Shown here one piece after another: positions 1-10,606 of a DNA stretch of 64,000 nucleotides (positions are counted from its first letter, which is position 1; each line of letters starts with the position of its first letter). The translations under genes were made by a program, and so were the position numbers. The stretch is from an uncultured Clostridia bacterium (GTDB lineage Bacteria > Bacillota > Clostridia > TANB77 > CAG-508). The stretch spans positions 4,100 through 68,099 of the forward strand of contig CANQDX010000001.1 of the NCBI GenBank assembly GCA_947594065.1, read 5' to 3'. The notes below the pieces were generated by a model. That model did not search any database. It worked only from the letters and a program-made list of their open reading frames with translations, and was not told the origin of the DNA.

Positions 1-1
1 T

Positions 2-1396
2 GGAAATTCTTTTCCAGTTTTTCTTGAAGCGTGGGGAAGCGGACAAAATGTATTATATTCTTACTTAATGATTCCATTTGTCAAATTATTGGGATTGAAT
101 ATCATTTCTACAAGATTGCCTATGGTTTTATTAGGATGCTTATCATTGTTTATATGGTATAAATTATTAGATAAAATTGAAAATAAAAAATTTGCAATAA
201 TAGGTTTAGCTTTTTTAGTGATTTGTCCTTGGCATATTATGAAAAGCAGGTGGGGATTAGAATCTAATATTTTTCCAGATTTAATTCTATATGCTATATT
301 TTTTCTTGTGTTATTTATGCAAAAAGAAAAGGCGTGTTACTTCTACATTGCTTCTATTATACTAGGAATTACGGGATATGCATATGGAACATCATATTTT
401 TTCTTGCCAATATTTTGTATGATACTATACATATATTTGCTTTATACAAAAAAAGCAAAATTTAAAAATATTTTAATTAGCTTTTTAATTATTTTAATAA
501 TTGCTTTGCCTATTATGTTATATGTAGTGGTTAATACTTTTGATTTACAAGAATTTAAAATTGGAATATTTACAGTCCCTAAATTGCCAGTAAACAGATA
601 TGAAGAACAAACAAGTTTATTTTCAGGTAATTTACTTGAAAATGTAATTAGAAATTTTGTTAATGGCATTACAATATTACTATTGCAAAATGATGGACTT
701 ATATGGAATAATATTCCTGGATTTGGTATGTTTTATATTATTTCACTACCACTTACATTAATTGGTTTATTTGATAATTTTAAAAATAGAAATAAATATA
801 AAGATTTATTCAATATATGGTTTATTGTTGCATTCTTTTTATTGTTTGTTTTTAAAGAGGTAAACATTAATAGAATAAATATTTTAATTTTTCCATTAGT
901 ATATTATACTGCATTGGGAATAAATATGATTTTTAAAACTTATAAGAAGTTTTTTATTGTAATTATTTTTATTTATAGTGTACTATTTATTAGTTTTATG
1001 GGTACTTATTTTTTAAAACAAGAAAAAAATTATGTATTTGTTGATAATATAGAACAAGTAATTAAATATGTAGATGATTTGGAAGTAAAAGATATATATA
1101 TGGAATATGCATTTAAGGAACCTTATATTTATGTGTTATACTATACTCAGACAAATCCTTATGAATTTGTTAAAACGGTAAAATATTTTGATGATACGAA
1201 AATAGGAAGATTTGATAATATAAAAGAATTTGGAAAATATCACTTTTATATACCAGATAAAACAGGAAAAACAGAAAAAGCAGCGTATGTTATAAAAAAA
1301 GATAGTAAATTAAATCTAAAAGAAAATAATTATATTATAAAAGAGTTTGATAAATATATTGTGTTATATGATGGAGAAATAAATGATGAAAAATAA
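2..1396 (+). CDS. GT-C fold membrane glycosyltransferase (ArnT/PMT/YfhO-like), 5' end truncated by the window edge
   Basis: The frame is open back to position 2 (GNSFPVFLEAWGSG...) with no start codon, so the gene begins upstream of the window. It has a polytopic hydrophobic N-terminal part followed by a soluble C-terminal domain of about 130 aa, which is the typical GT39/GT83-like layout. Confidence 0.5.
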   Translation, partial: GNSFPVFLEAWGSGQNVLYSYLMIPFVKLLGLNIISTRLPMVLLGCLSLFIWYKLLDKIENKKFAIIGLAFLVICPWHIMKSRWGLESNIFPDLILYAIFFLVLFMQKEKACYFYIASIILGITGYAYGTSYFFLPIFCMILYIYLLYTKKAKFKNILISFLIILIIALPIMLYVVVNTFDLQEFKIGIFTVPKLPVNRYEEQTSLFSGNLLENVIRNFVNGITILLLQNDGLIWNNIPGFGMFYIISLPLTLIGLFDNFKNRNKYKDLFNIWFIVAFFLLFVFKEVNINRINILIFPLVYYTALGINMIFKTYKKFFIVIIFIYSVLFISFMGTYFLKQEKNYVFVDNIEQVIKYVDDLEVKDIYMEYAFKEPYIYVLYYTQTNPYEFVKTVKYFDDTKIGRFDNIKEFGKYHFYIPDKTGKTEKAAYVIKKDSKLNLKENNYIIKEFDKYIVLYDGEINDEK

Positions 1397-2879
1397 AATT
1401 ATTAAAAACAAAAAAGTAATAATCGAATTTTTAATAATATTGTTAATAAGTTTATTGATATGTAATGGATTTATAAGAATGCATTATACAACAGATACCT
1501 ATAAAATTATTGATGAAGGGTATGCAAATTATGCCAAAAACTGGTCTTTAAAAGATGGAAGAATTATTATGTTTGCATTACTTAGTATATGTAATACATT
1601 AAAATTACCAATTGAAATTGTTAATTTTGTATTTACCATATTGGGTATCTTTATTTCTTGTGTTTCTGTTATGATTATTAAAAATATGATAATTAACATA
1701 AAAGAACCCAAAAATAAAACAACAGAGTTATATGTTTTATTGCTTTCCTATTTATTAATATTTAATTTTATGTATATAGAGGCAATATATTTTTTAGAAA
1801 TAATAATTATAAGTCTTAGTATTTTATTGTTTGTATTAGCTACGAAGTGTCTTATAGAAAGAAAAAAACATTACTTTATTTATTCGACATTACTTGTTAT
1901 AGCAGGTATTATTTCATATCAAGGTACAATAAGTTTTTTTATGATATTTTCAATTTATATGATGGTTATACGCAATAAAGAAGCAGATAAAATATTAGTC
2001 AAAAAATTTTTAACGGTAATGTTTATAACTATAATTGCTGTTATTCTTGATATTATAATGGTAAAGATTATATGTTCTCATATAGGTATGTCACAAGGCA
2101 GAATCAATTTAAATAATATTTATGGTAATTTATTATACATTATATACCATTTTAATACTGTAATTTTTTATTCTTGTGGATTATTAAAGCCATATGTATT
2201 TCTTGGCTTTTTAATAGCAATAATAACTTTATCATATTTATGCTTTATGGGGCAAACTGATAAAAATAATTTAATTAATATTCTTTTTATACCACTGTTT
2301 ACAATTATTGCATCCTTTTCTATATTTTTGGCAACATTAAGTAGCTTCGATTGTGGCAGAATGTACATTATTTTGGGTGGGCTTCCAAGTATGTTATTGT
2401 TGTATCTATATATAAATAATACAATTAGTCAAGGAAAAAATAAGATCTTTGTTTGTATTTATTTAATTGCTATTTTATGGATATCAATTAATTTGGTTAA
2501 TTTTTTATTTAGAATTAATGAATCTAGATATAAAAATATACTCGAAAAAGAATATTGTAATGCAGTTCTAGAAGAGTGCAATAAAAATGGATATGTATTA
2601 AAAGAAGCCTGCATTATACCAGTATCCAATTATGATGATATGATTTATTTTAATCAAATAAAAACAAAAAATAAATTAACAATTAATGAAATAAAAGGAT
2701 TTGAATCAGCTATTTCTGGATTTAATGTTGCTACTATGCAAAATCTAAAAGAAATTAAAGTTACAAAAGAAATTTATGAAAAATATCTTGAACAAATGAG
2801 TAAAGGAAATAAAGGAATTAACAATACTTACATAATGTATATTGATAATGTATTGGTAATGCCAGCATTTATATGGTAG
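1383..2879 (+). CDS. polytopic membrane protein, putative GtrII-like glucosyltransferase
   Basis: 498 aa with about 12 predicted TM helices and an N-terminal motif MHYTTDTYKIIDEGYANYA after TM1. It has a soluble C-terminal domain and sits in a cluster with GtrB-like, acyltransferase and GT-C genes. The family assignment comes from architecture only. Confidence 0.35.
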   Translation: MMKNKIIKNKKVIIEFLIILLISLLICNGFIRMHYTTDTYKIIDEGYANYAKNWSLKDGRIIMFALLSICNTLKLPIEIVNFVFTILGIFISCVSVMIIKNMIINIKEPKNKTTELYVLLLSYLLIFNFMYIEAIYFLEIIIISLSILLFVLATKCLIERKKHYFIYSTLLVIAGIISYQGTISFFMIFSIYMMVIRNKEADKILVKKFLTVMFITIIAVILDIIMVKIICSHIGMSQGRINLNNIYGNLLYIIYHFNTVIFYSCGLLKPYVFLGFLIAIITLSYLCFMGQTDKNNLINILFIPLFTIIASFSIFLATLSSFDCGRMYIILGGLPSMLLLYLYINNTISQGKNKIFVCIYLIAILWISINLVNFLFRINESRYKNILEKEYCNAVLEECNKNGYVLKEACIIPVSNYDDMIYFNQIKTKNKLTINEIKGFESAISGFNVATMQNLKEIKVTKEIYEKYLEQMSKGNKGINNTYIMYIDNVLVMPAFIW

Positions 2880-2986
2880 TTATATAAAATATATATTAGA
2901 AAAATTAAATAAGTTATCTGGTTAGAGTAAACAATGGCATAAATAAAAAATATAAAATTATAAAAAAGATGAAATAATAGAGGTAT

Positions 2987-4036
2987 ATGAGTTATATGAA
3001 AGAAAATAATATTGAACAAAATAATAGAAATAGTAATATTGAACTATTAAGGATATTATGTATTATTAGTATCATTATTCATCATTCTTTTTTTCATTCA
3101 AGTATTCCATTTTTAGAAGGTAATATTAATTGTGTTATTATGTATATTATTCAAGTGCTTGGAAGAATTTCTAATAATATATTTATTTTAATTACCGGAT
3201 ATTATATGATTAATAAAACGATAAAAAAAGAAAATATTTTAAAACTATTTTTAGAAACAATTTTTTATTCATATATAATATTATTAGCTTTTAGCCTTTT
3301 ATCACCTAAAAGCATTAATATAGATTTAGTTATTAAATCCATTTTCCCAATTATGTCTAATTCAGAGGGGTTTATAACGGCTTATTTATTATTATATTTG
3401 TCTATTCCATTTTTAAATAAATTGTTGAATTGCCTAGATAAAAAGCAAATATATACACTAGATATATTTTTAATTTTAACTTTTAGTTTAATGCCATCAA
3501 TAAACTTTCTTTTAGAATATTATTCAGATTATATATGGTTTGCTTGCTTGTACTCAATAGGAGGAACAATAAAAAAATACCCACCAAAAGAATTAATACA
3601 AGATAATAAATATATTTTAATATTTACAACGATTACTACTGTAATTTGTTTATTATTTAATTATAAAATAAAAAATAATTTATTTTGCCTAACAAATATT
3701 AATAACTTTATTTCATTTATACTTTCTGTTAGTATATTTGTATTTTTTGTAAAAAAGAAAGAATGGACAAATCAAGTAATAAATTATATTGTTTCATCTA
3801 GTTTAGGAATCTATTTGTTACACGATAATTTTCTTGTTAGGCAAGTTATGTGGAAAAAATTAAATATAGCTTATTATATTCAAACCAACTATTTTTGGAT
3901 TTATGAAATAAGTGTTGTTCTTTTCATATTTTGTTTAGCCTTTCTAATAGATAAAGCAAGAAAAAAATTTATAGAAAGACCACTATTTAATTATATTAAT
4001 AAAAGAAGAAATATAAATATAATTGTACAAAAATAA
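2987..4036 (+). CDS. acyltransferase family 3 (OatA/OafA-like O-acyltransferase) membrane protein
   Basis: N-terminus NIELLRILCIISIIIHHSFFH matches the Acyltransferase_3 signature (R..a...V...H), and the rest is multi-TM. Confidence 0.6.
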   Translation: MSYMKENNIEQNNRNSNIELLRILCIISIIIHHSFFHSSIPFLEGNINCVIMYIIQVLGRISNNIFILITGYYMINKTIKKENILKLFLETIFYSYIILLAFSLLSPKSINIDLVIKSIFPIMSNSEGFITAYLLLYLSIPFLNKLLNCLDKKQIYTLDIFLILTFSLMPSINFLLEYYSDYIWFACLYSIGGTIKKYPPKELIQDNKYILIFTTITTVICLLFNYKIKNNLFCLTNINNFISFILSVSIFVFFVKKKEWTNQVINYIVSSSLGIYLLHDNFLVRQVMWKKLNIAYYIQTNYFWIYEISVVLFIFCLAFLIDKARKKFIERPLFNYINKRRNINIIVQK

Positions 4037-4055
4037 AAATATGAGGTAATTAATT

Positions 4056-4983
4056 ATGAAAAAAATTTCTGTTGTTGTTCCGTGTTATAATGAAGAAAAC
4101 GTATTAGATTCTTTTTATAAAGAATTAATGAATGCTATAAAAAGCATAAAAAATTATTGTTATGAATTGCTCTTTATAGATGATGGATCAAATGATGGAA
4201 CATTAGAAAAATTAAAAAAACTAAAATCTATAGATGAAAATATTAAGATTATCAGTTTCTCAAGAAATTTTGGTAAAGAATCTGGCATATATGCAGGATT
4301 GCAAAATTCTAAAGGAGATTTGGTAGTGGTGATGGATGCGGATTTACAACATCCACCTAAAAAAATTCTAGAAATGATAGCTGGAATAGAAGAGCGGATT
4401 TGATGTTGTTACAACAATTAGAAAGGATAGAAGAGGAGAGCAAGTTATTAGAAGCGCCTTTTCAAAACTTTTCTATAATATTATGAAAAAATTTGATGGC
4501 ATTAATATTCAACAAGGAAGCCAAGATTTTAGAATGATGACAAGACAAGTAGTAGAATCTATTTTAAGTTTAAAAGAATATAATAGATTTTCTAAAGGAA
4601 TCTTTAATTGGGTTGGATTTAATGTGAAATATATAGAAATAGAAAATATAAAACGTGAAAAAGGAACGTCTAAATGGAGTTTTAAAAAATTATTTTCTTA
4701 TGCCATAGAAGGATTTGTTTCATTTACTACTGCACCATTAAAAACATCTACTATACTTGGAGTGCTTATTTCATTTTTCTCATTTATATGTGTGTTAGTA
4801 ATTATATTACAAACAGTTATTTATGGTAAAGATGTTCCGGGTTACGCTTCAATTATTACAGCTGTTCTTTTTATGGGAGGAATTCAATTATTAACAATTG
4901 GAATATTGTCAGAATATATATCTAAAATTTATTTGGAAATAAAGAATAGACCAAAATATATTATAAAAGAAAAGATAGATTAA
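4056..4983 (+). pseudogene. GtrB/CsbB/ArnC-like polyprenyl-phosphate glycosyltransferase (GT2), split by a +1 frameshift at about 4395
   Basis: ORF 4056-4403 (VVPCYNEE...FIDDGSNDGT...VVMDADLQHPP...IAGIEE) and ORF 4483-4983 (C-terminal 2-TM anchor) are two halves of one GT2. The reading frame of the second ORF extends back to 4396 as GFDVVTTIRKDRRGEQ. Removing the single base c4395 gives a contiguous ...AGIEEGFDVVTTIRKDRRGE.... The site is not a homopolymer. Confidence 0.7.
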
Positions 4984-4998
4984 AGGAAGGGACATATT

Positions 4999-5535
4999 AT
5001 GAAATTATTAATGCACACGTGTTGTGCACCTTGTAGCGTATACTGTATTGACAGTTTAAGAAAAGAGGGTATAGAGCCAACACTTTATTGGTATAATCCT
5101 AATATACATCCTTACATAGAATATAAAACAAGAAGAGATACATTAAAGCAATATTCAGAAAATATTAATGTAAATTTAATTATAAATGATGAATATGGAT
5201 TAGATGAATTTTGCAAAAATGTGGTAGGAGATTTAGAAAATAGGTGTTCAAATTATTGTTACCCTGTAAGATTAGAACAAACAGTAAAATATGCAAAAGA
5301 AAATGGATTTGATTGCTTTACTACAACACTTTTCGTAAGCCCATATCAAAAACACGAGGAAATAAAAAGAATTTGTGAAAATTTAGCTAAAAAATACGAT
5401 ATTCAATTTTTATATAGAGATTTTCGAGTTGGATTTAGAGAAGGACAAGCTAAAGCAAGAGAATTAGGCTTATATATGCAAAAATATTGTGGATGTATTT
5501 TTTCAGAGGAGGATAGGTATTTACGACGCAGTTAA
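4999..5535 (+). CDS. queH: epoxyqueuosine reductase QueH (DUF208)
   Basis: N-terminal MHTCCAPCS motif plus the conserved Cys pattern C..C and CGC near the C-terminus, at 178 aa. Confidence 0.8.
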   Translation: MKLLMHTCCAPCSVYCIDSLRKEGIEPTLYWYNPNIHPYIEYKTRRDTLKQYSENINVNLIINDEYGLDEFCKNVVGDLENRCSNYCYPVRLEQTVKYAKENGFDCFTTTLFVSPYQKHEEIKRICENLAKKYDIQFLYRDFRVGFREGQAKARELGLYMQKYCGCIFSEEDRYLRRS

Positions 5536-5585
5536 AGAATGTAAAATCAGAAAACAATAAAATGTTTTGTAAAGGGGGAAAATAT

Positions 5586-6200
5586 ATGTTATTAAAAAAT
5601 AAGTTAGATTTAGATAATGAAGTAGAACTTGCTAAAGAGGAGGAAAGAATTACAAAATTAAAAGCAATAGAATTATTTGAAACTGGAAAATTAGACGAAT
5701 TTGAAGTTGGAACATTTCAAGGATTATCTCAAATTCACAAATATTTATTTGAAGATATATATGAATTTGCAGGGAAAATAAGGACAGAAAACATTTCTAA
5801 AAGTAACTTTAGATTTGCTTCAGCAATGTATTTGGAAGAAATATTAAAAAAAATAGATAAAATGCCACAATCAAATTTTGATGAAATTGTTGAAAAATAT
5901 ATTGAAATGAATATTGCGCATCCATTTAGAGAAGGAAACGGAAGAAGTGCAAGAATTTGGCTTGATATGATTTTAAAAAAAGCACTTGGTAAAGTTATTG
6001 ATTGGAGTAAAATAGATAAAGAAGATTATTTACTTGCAATGGAAAGAAGTCCAATTAAAAATACAGAAATAAAAATTTTATTGCAAAATGCATTAACTGA
6101 TAAAATAAATGATAGAGATGTCTATATGAAAGGAATTGATGCAAGTTATAGATATGAAGGATATAATGTGTATAAAGCAGAGAATTTAAAAAATAATTAA
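5586..6200 (+). CDS. fic: Fic family protein (AMPylator), class III with a C-terminal inhibitory helix
   Basis: Fic motif HPFREGNGRSAR (HxFx[DE]GNGRxxR). The C-terminus has SYRYEG, which matches the [ST]xxxE[GN] inhibitory motif. The ATG at 5586 was chosen because of the upstream AAGGGGG ribosome-binding site; the ORF track starts at 5562. Confidence 0.75.
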   Translation: MLLKNKLDLDNEVELAKEEERITKLKAIELFETGKLDEFEVGTFQGLSQIHKYLFEDIYEFAGKIRTENISKSNFRFASAMYLEEILKKIDKMPQSNFDEIVEKYIEMNIAHPFREGNGRSARIWLDMILKKALGKVIDWSKIDKEDYLLAMERSPIKNTEIKILLQNALTDKINDRDVYMKGIDASYRYEGYNVYKAENLKNN

Positions 6201-6309
6201 TATAGTTTTCAGTAGTGTATTATTTAGAGAAAAATAGATTTTTAATTTAACAAAATAAAATATCTGCGTACACAATAAGAAATATATGGATTGCAGAAAG
6301 GAAAATAAA

Positions 6310-7827
6310 ATGAAAAATATAATTGAAGAATACAAAAAGGAATTAAAAGAATTAATTAGTAGTAAAAAATACCTATTTTCAATTATTATTGTATCAATTT
6401 TAGCGTATGGATTTGCAATTACGCATTGTTCTATAGGAATGGATGATACAGCACTAGATAGATATTATGGAGAATTTTTTAGTAAAAATATGATAGCAGC
6501 AGGAAGGTGGGGAAGCTATTTTTTGTACAAATTACTTAATTTAACAAGCTTTACTCCGTTTTGGTTAGATTTACTAACTGTTTTAATTATTGTATCTACT
6601 GCTATCTTAATAAGTTCATTTATAAGAAGAAATATAAGAAAAAATGATATTGTTTTGTCACTCATATTTTCTTGTCTTTACATATCTTATTCCTTAATTA
6701 ATGAACCATTTATTTTTCAAGCAAGTAATTTGGCACTATTTTTAGGAAATTTATTAACTTTTGCTGTACTATTTGCAATATATGAGATAGTATATAATCA
6801 CTTAAAGTTTAGATATTATTTACCTCTTATTGTTATTTTTGCATTTTCTATATCTTTATATGAAGCTTGTTGCCAAACTTTTTTGGTGGGATTACTAATG
6901 TGCATTATGATTAGAATAATTAAATATAAAGAAAAAGATAAAGATGTATTAAAATTTTTTGGAATCGGAATAAGTATATTAATTGTTTCTATTTTTCTAA
7001 ATTATACTATATTATATCTCTTATATTTTATAGGTATAAAAAACGAGTTAAGTGGCGGAAGAACAATATATTGGTTTAAAAATGGCTTAGAAACAGGAAT
7101 AAATATTATAATAGGAAATATTAAGTTTTATATATTTAGTAAAACAATGTATTTTCCTGTATTAGAATTTATTATAGCAGGAATAATAGGATTAATTATA
7201 TCTATAATGTCTTCGATTAAACGTAAAAACATTATGATTTTTAATGTCTATATTCTAATGTTATTTTCGAATATTGCATTATCTATTTTACAATGCATAG
7301 CAATATTGTATAGAACTTGTACATCTTGGGGATTGATGGTAGCTGCTATTTTTACAGTTTCCTATTATATATTATCTAAAAAGAAATATGTTAAACCAAT
7401 AGCTATTATTTTAATTACACTATTAATTTTGTGGCAAACCAAAGATATGAACCAGTGGTTTTATAGCGACTATGTAAAATCTCAAAGAGATTTAAAACAG
7501 GCATATCAAATAGCAGAAGATATAAAAAAGAAAGCAAACGATTTAACAAAACCAATTGTATTTGCAGGAGAACCAGATCAGGGATTTCAGTTAAGACCAC
7601 AAATAGGAGCTCAATCCAATGGATTATCTGTAATTTGGTGGGCCAATTTTTCATTTGATGATAATTCTTATGAATTAATAAAATTTATAAATTCACTAGG
7701 ATATTATTTTAAAAGACCAACAGATGAACAATATGAAAGAGGAAGAGAATTAGCTGAAGATATGGAAAGTTATCCAAAAGAAAATTATATAAAAGAATTT
7801 GAAGATATAATTGTTGTTAAATTATAA
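6310..7827 (+). CDS. polytopic membrane protein, putative GtrII-like glucosyltransferase
   Basis: About 505 aa, multi-TM, with a conserved loop motif HCSIGMDDTALDRYYGEFF after TM1 and a soluble C-terminal domain of about 130 aa. The architecture parallels ORF 1383-2879. Start chosen at the ATG with an AAAGGAA ribosome-binding site. Confidence 0.35.
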   Translation: MKNIIEEYKKELKELISSKKYLFSIIIVSILAYGFAITHCSIGMDDTALDRYYGEFFSKNMIAAGRWGSYFLYKLLNLTSFTPFWLDLLTVLIIVSTAILISSFIRRNIRKNDIVLSLIFSCLYISYSLINEPFIFQASNLALFLGNLLTFAVLFAIYEIVYNHLKFRYYLPLIVIFAFSISLYEACCQTFLVGLLMCIMIRIIKYKEKDKDVLKFFGIGISILIVSIFLNYTILYLLYFIGIKNELSGGRTIYWFKNGLETGINIIIGNIKFYIFSKTMYFPVLEFIIAGIIGLIISIMSSIKRKNIMIFNVYILMLFSNIALSILQCIAILYRTCTSWGLMVAAIFTVSYYILSKKKYVKPIAIILITLLILWQTKDMNQWFYSDYVKSQRDLKQAYQIAEDIKKKANDLTKPIVFAGEPDQGFQLRPQIGAQSNGLSVIWWANFSFDDNSYELIKFINSLGYYFKRPTDEQYERGRELAEDMESYPKENYIKEFEDIIVVKL

Positions 7828-7844
7828 ATAAAAGGAGTTATCTT

Positions 7845-10550
7845 ATGTCACGTTTAGTTTTAGTAGATGGAAATAGTATTATGAATAGAGCCTTTTATGG
7901 TATTATGAGTAATAATATGTTAAAAACATCAGATGGAACCTATACAAATGCTGTATATGGATTTTTAACTATATTATTTAAAATAGAAGAAGATTTAAAG
8001 CCGGATTATTTAGGCGTTGCATTTGATTTAAAAGGCCCAACCAAGCGACACGAAATATATAAAGAATATAAAGCAAATAGACACGGTATGCCAGATGAAC
8101 TTGCAGTACAAATGCCTATTATTAAAGATATTTTAAAAGCAATGAATATTAAAATACTAGAAAAGCAAGGCTATGAAGGCGACGATATTTTAGGTACTTT
8201 ATCTAAACGAGCAGAAGAACAAGGAATAGATGTTACAATTCTTTCTGGAGATAGAGATACATTCCAATTAACAAGTGATAAAGTAACAGTTAGAATTCCA
8301 AGAACTAAAATGGGAAAAACAGAAAATGAAGATTACGATAAAGCAAGAGTAATTGAAGAATATGGAATAGAACCAAATCAATTAATAGATGTAAAAGGAC
8401 TAATGGGTGATAATTCAGATAACATTCCAGGAGTTCCAGGGGTAGGTGAAAAAACAGCTTTAAGTTTAATAAAGCATTATAAAACATTAGAAAATTTGTA
8501 TGAACAAGTAGAAAAAAATGATGTATTAATTGATATAAAAGGAAAATTAAAAGAAAAAATAACACAAAATAAAGAATTGGCATTTTTATCAAAAGAACTT
8601 GGTACAATAGACAGACAAGCACCTATTGAAGAAGAGTTAGAAGACTTAAAACGACAAGAATGGAATCAAAAAGAAGTATATAATTTATTTAAGTATTTAA
8701 AGTTTAATCGATTTATAGAACGTTTTGCTATGAATCAAGATGAAGAAAATCTTGCAAATAATGAAGAGTTGTTTCAAAAAAAGGTTCTAGAAACAAAAGA
8801 AGAAATTGAATCAACTATAGAAGAAATAAAAAAAGAAAAGAAACTAATCTATTATATAGATACAGAAGAAAACAATGAAAAAAGTGTTATAAACAAAAAA
8901 ATAAAAAGCATATCAATTTACCGAGAAAAAAATAATATGTGTTATTTTATTAACTTGATGGTAAAAGATAATATAGAATTATTAAAAGATATTTTTGAAG
9001 ATACTGAAGTCGAAAAAATAGGCTATAAACAAAAAATAGATTATATCTTATTAAAGGAAAATGGAATATGTCCTTCAAATTTAGCTTATGATATAGAAAT
9101 AGCTTGTTATATAATTAATCCTGCTGATAATAGATATAATATAGAAAAATTAGCAATAGATTATTTAAAATTAGATATTGGTTCATATAATAAAGTAGAG
9201 GAAAAACAAATTAATTTATTTGATTCAGCAAATGAATCTAAAGAAAATGAAATACAAAAAGCATATATTTATTCTTATGTAATAGGAAAAATATATCCAG
9301 AGACATTAGCAAAACTACAAGAAACCAATCAATTAGAATTATTTAAAACAATTGAAATGCCATTGGTAGAAGTTCTTGCAAATATGCAATATAATGGTAT
9401 TTATGTTGATAAAAATGAATTAATCGAAATAGGTGAAGCATTAAAATCTGAGATTCAAAAACTAACAAAAGAAATATATATAATAGCAGGAGAAGAATTT
9501 AATATTAATTCATCAAAACAATTGGGTACTATTCTTTTCGACAAGTTAAAGTTACCTGCTATTAAGAAAACTAAAAATGGTTATTCAACTGATGTAGAAG
9601 TATTAGAAAAAATAAAAAGTGAACATATAATTATTGAAAAAATATTAGAATACAGACAAATTGTAAAATTAAATTCTACTTATGTAGAAGGCTTAATACC
9701 TTATATTAATAAAAATGATAATAAAATACACACATATTTCCATCAAACAGTTACAGCAACAGGAAGAATTAGTAGTTCTGATCCTAACTTACAAAACATA
9801 CCTACTAGGTTTGACTTAGGAAAACAAATTAGGAAAGTATTTAAAGCACAAGATGGATATGTGTTTATGGATGCCGATTATTCTCAAATTGAACTAAGAG
9901 TATTAGCTCATATTTCAAATGATAAAAATATGATAAATGCATTTAATAATAATGAAGATATTCATAAACAAACAGCATCTAAAGTTTTTAATGTTCCTTT
10001 AGAAGAGGTAACACATAAACAAAGAACAGATGCAAAAGCTGTAAATTTTGGTATCGTATATGGAATAAGCGATTTTGGATTAGGTGAGGAATTAGGCATT
10101 TCAAGAAAAGAAGCCAAAGCATATATAGAACAATATTTAGATCAATATCAACAAATAAAAGAATTTATGGAGAATATAAAGAATTTTGCAAAAGAAAACG
10201 GATATGTAGAAACATTATTCAACAGAAGAAGGTATATACCAGAGCTTAATTCAAATAATTTTATGGTAAGGCAATTTGGATCAAGAGTTGCAATAAATGC
10301 ACCAATACAGGGAACTGCTGCAGATATTATGAAAATTGCTATGATAAAATTATATAAAGAATTAAAAAATCGAAATTTAAGTTCAAAGATATTATTGCAA
10401 ATACACGATGAACTACTTTTGGAAGTTAAATTAGAAGAAAAAGAAGAGGTAGCTAAATTATTAAAGGAATCAATGGAAAATGCAATGAAATTAAATGTTC
10501 CATTAGAAGTAGATGTATCTGAAGCGGATAACTGGTATAGTGCAAAATAA
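7845..10550 (+). CDS. polA: DNA polymerase I
   Basis: 901 aa with a 5'-3' exonuclease N-terminus (LVLVDGNSIMNRAFYG), polymerase motifs (DYSQIELR, QIHDELLLEV) and a C-terminal HDE. Confidence 0.95.
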   Translation: MSRLVLVDGNSIMNRAFYGIMSNNMLKTSDGTYTNAVYGFLTILFKIEEDLKPDYLGVAFDLKGPTKRHEIYKEYKANRHGMPDELAVQMPIIKDILKAMNIKILEKQGYEGDDILGTLSKRAEEQGIDVTILSGDRDTFQLTSDKVTVRIPRTKMGKTENEDYDKARVIEEYGIEPNQLIDVKGLMGDNSDNIPGVPGVGEKTALSLIKHYKTLENLYEQVEKNDVLIDIKGKLKEKITQNKELAFLSKELGTIDRQAPIEEELEDLKRQEWNQKEVYNLFKYLKFNRFIERFAMNQDEENLANNEELFQKKVLETKEEIESTIEEIKKEKKLIYYIDTEENNEKSVINKKIKSISIYREKNNMCYFINLMVKDNIELLKDIFEDTEVEKIGYKQKIDYILLKENGICPSNLAYDIEIACYIINPADNRYNIEKLAIDYLKLDIGSYNKVEEKQINLFDSANESKENEIQKAYIYSYVIGKIYPETLAKLQETNQLELFKTIEMPLVEVLANMQYNGIYVDKNELIEIGEALKSEIQKLTKEIYIIAGEEFNINSSKQLGTILFDKLKLPAIKKTKNGYSTDVEVLEKIKSEHIIIEKILEYRQIVKLNSTYVEGLIPYINKNDNKIHTYFHQTVTATGRISSSDPNLQNIPTRFDLGKQIRKVFKAQDGYVFMDADYSQIELRVLAHISNDKNMINAFNNNEDIHKQTASKVFNVPLEEVTHKQRTDAKAVNFGIVYGISDFGLGEELGISRKEAKAYIEQYLDQYQQIKEFMENIKNFAKENGYVETLFNRRRYIPELNSNNFMVRQFGSRVAINAPIQGTAADIMKIAMIKLYKELKNRNLSSKILLQIHDELLLEVKLEEKEEVAKLLKESMENAMKLNVPLEVDVSEADNWYSAK

Positions 10551-10606
10551 TAGATAATGCATAATGTTTGCAAACCAACTTTTCAACATAAAGATGGGAG
10601 AGAAAA

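Noticed and set aside
4056-4983. Phase-variable (slippage-mediated) switching of the gtrB-like gene.
   Set aside because: The frameshift site gagCggattt contains no homopolymer or short tandem repeat that would support reversible slipped-strand mispairing.
5562-6200. Fic as the toxin of a type II toxin-antitoxin pair.
   Set aside because: No small adjacent ORF is available as an antitoxin (queH upstream, a 500-aa membrane protein downstream). The C-terminal SxxxEG motif indicates intramolecular inhibition (class III) instead.
8305-8622. Antisense 105-aa ORF inside polA. Similar antisense ORFs occur inside pyrD (42793-43350), typA (52235-52777, 51551-51910), the GT2 gene, sufC and others.
   Set aside because: Their translations are low-complexity (Leu/Phe/Ser-rich), which is typical of reverse-strand reading of AT-rich coding DNA. 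Each lies wholly inside a well-supported conserved gene. No ribosome-binding site was found.
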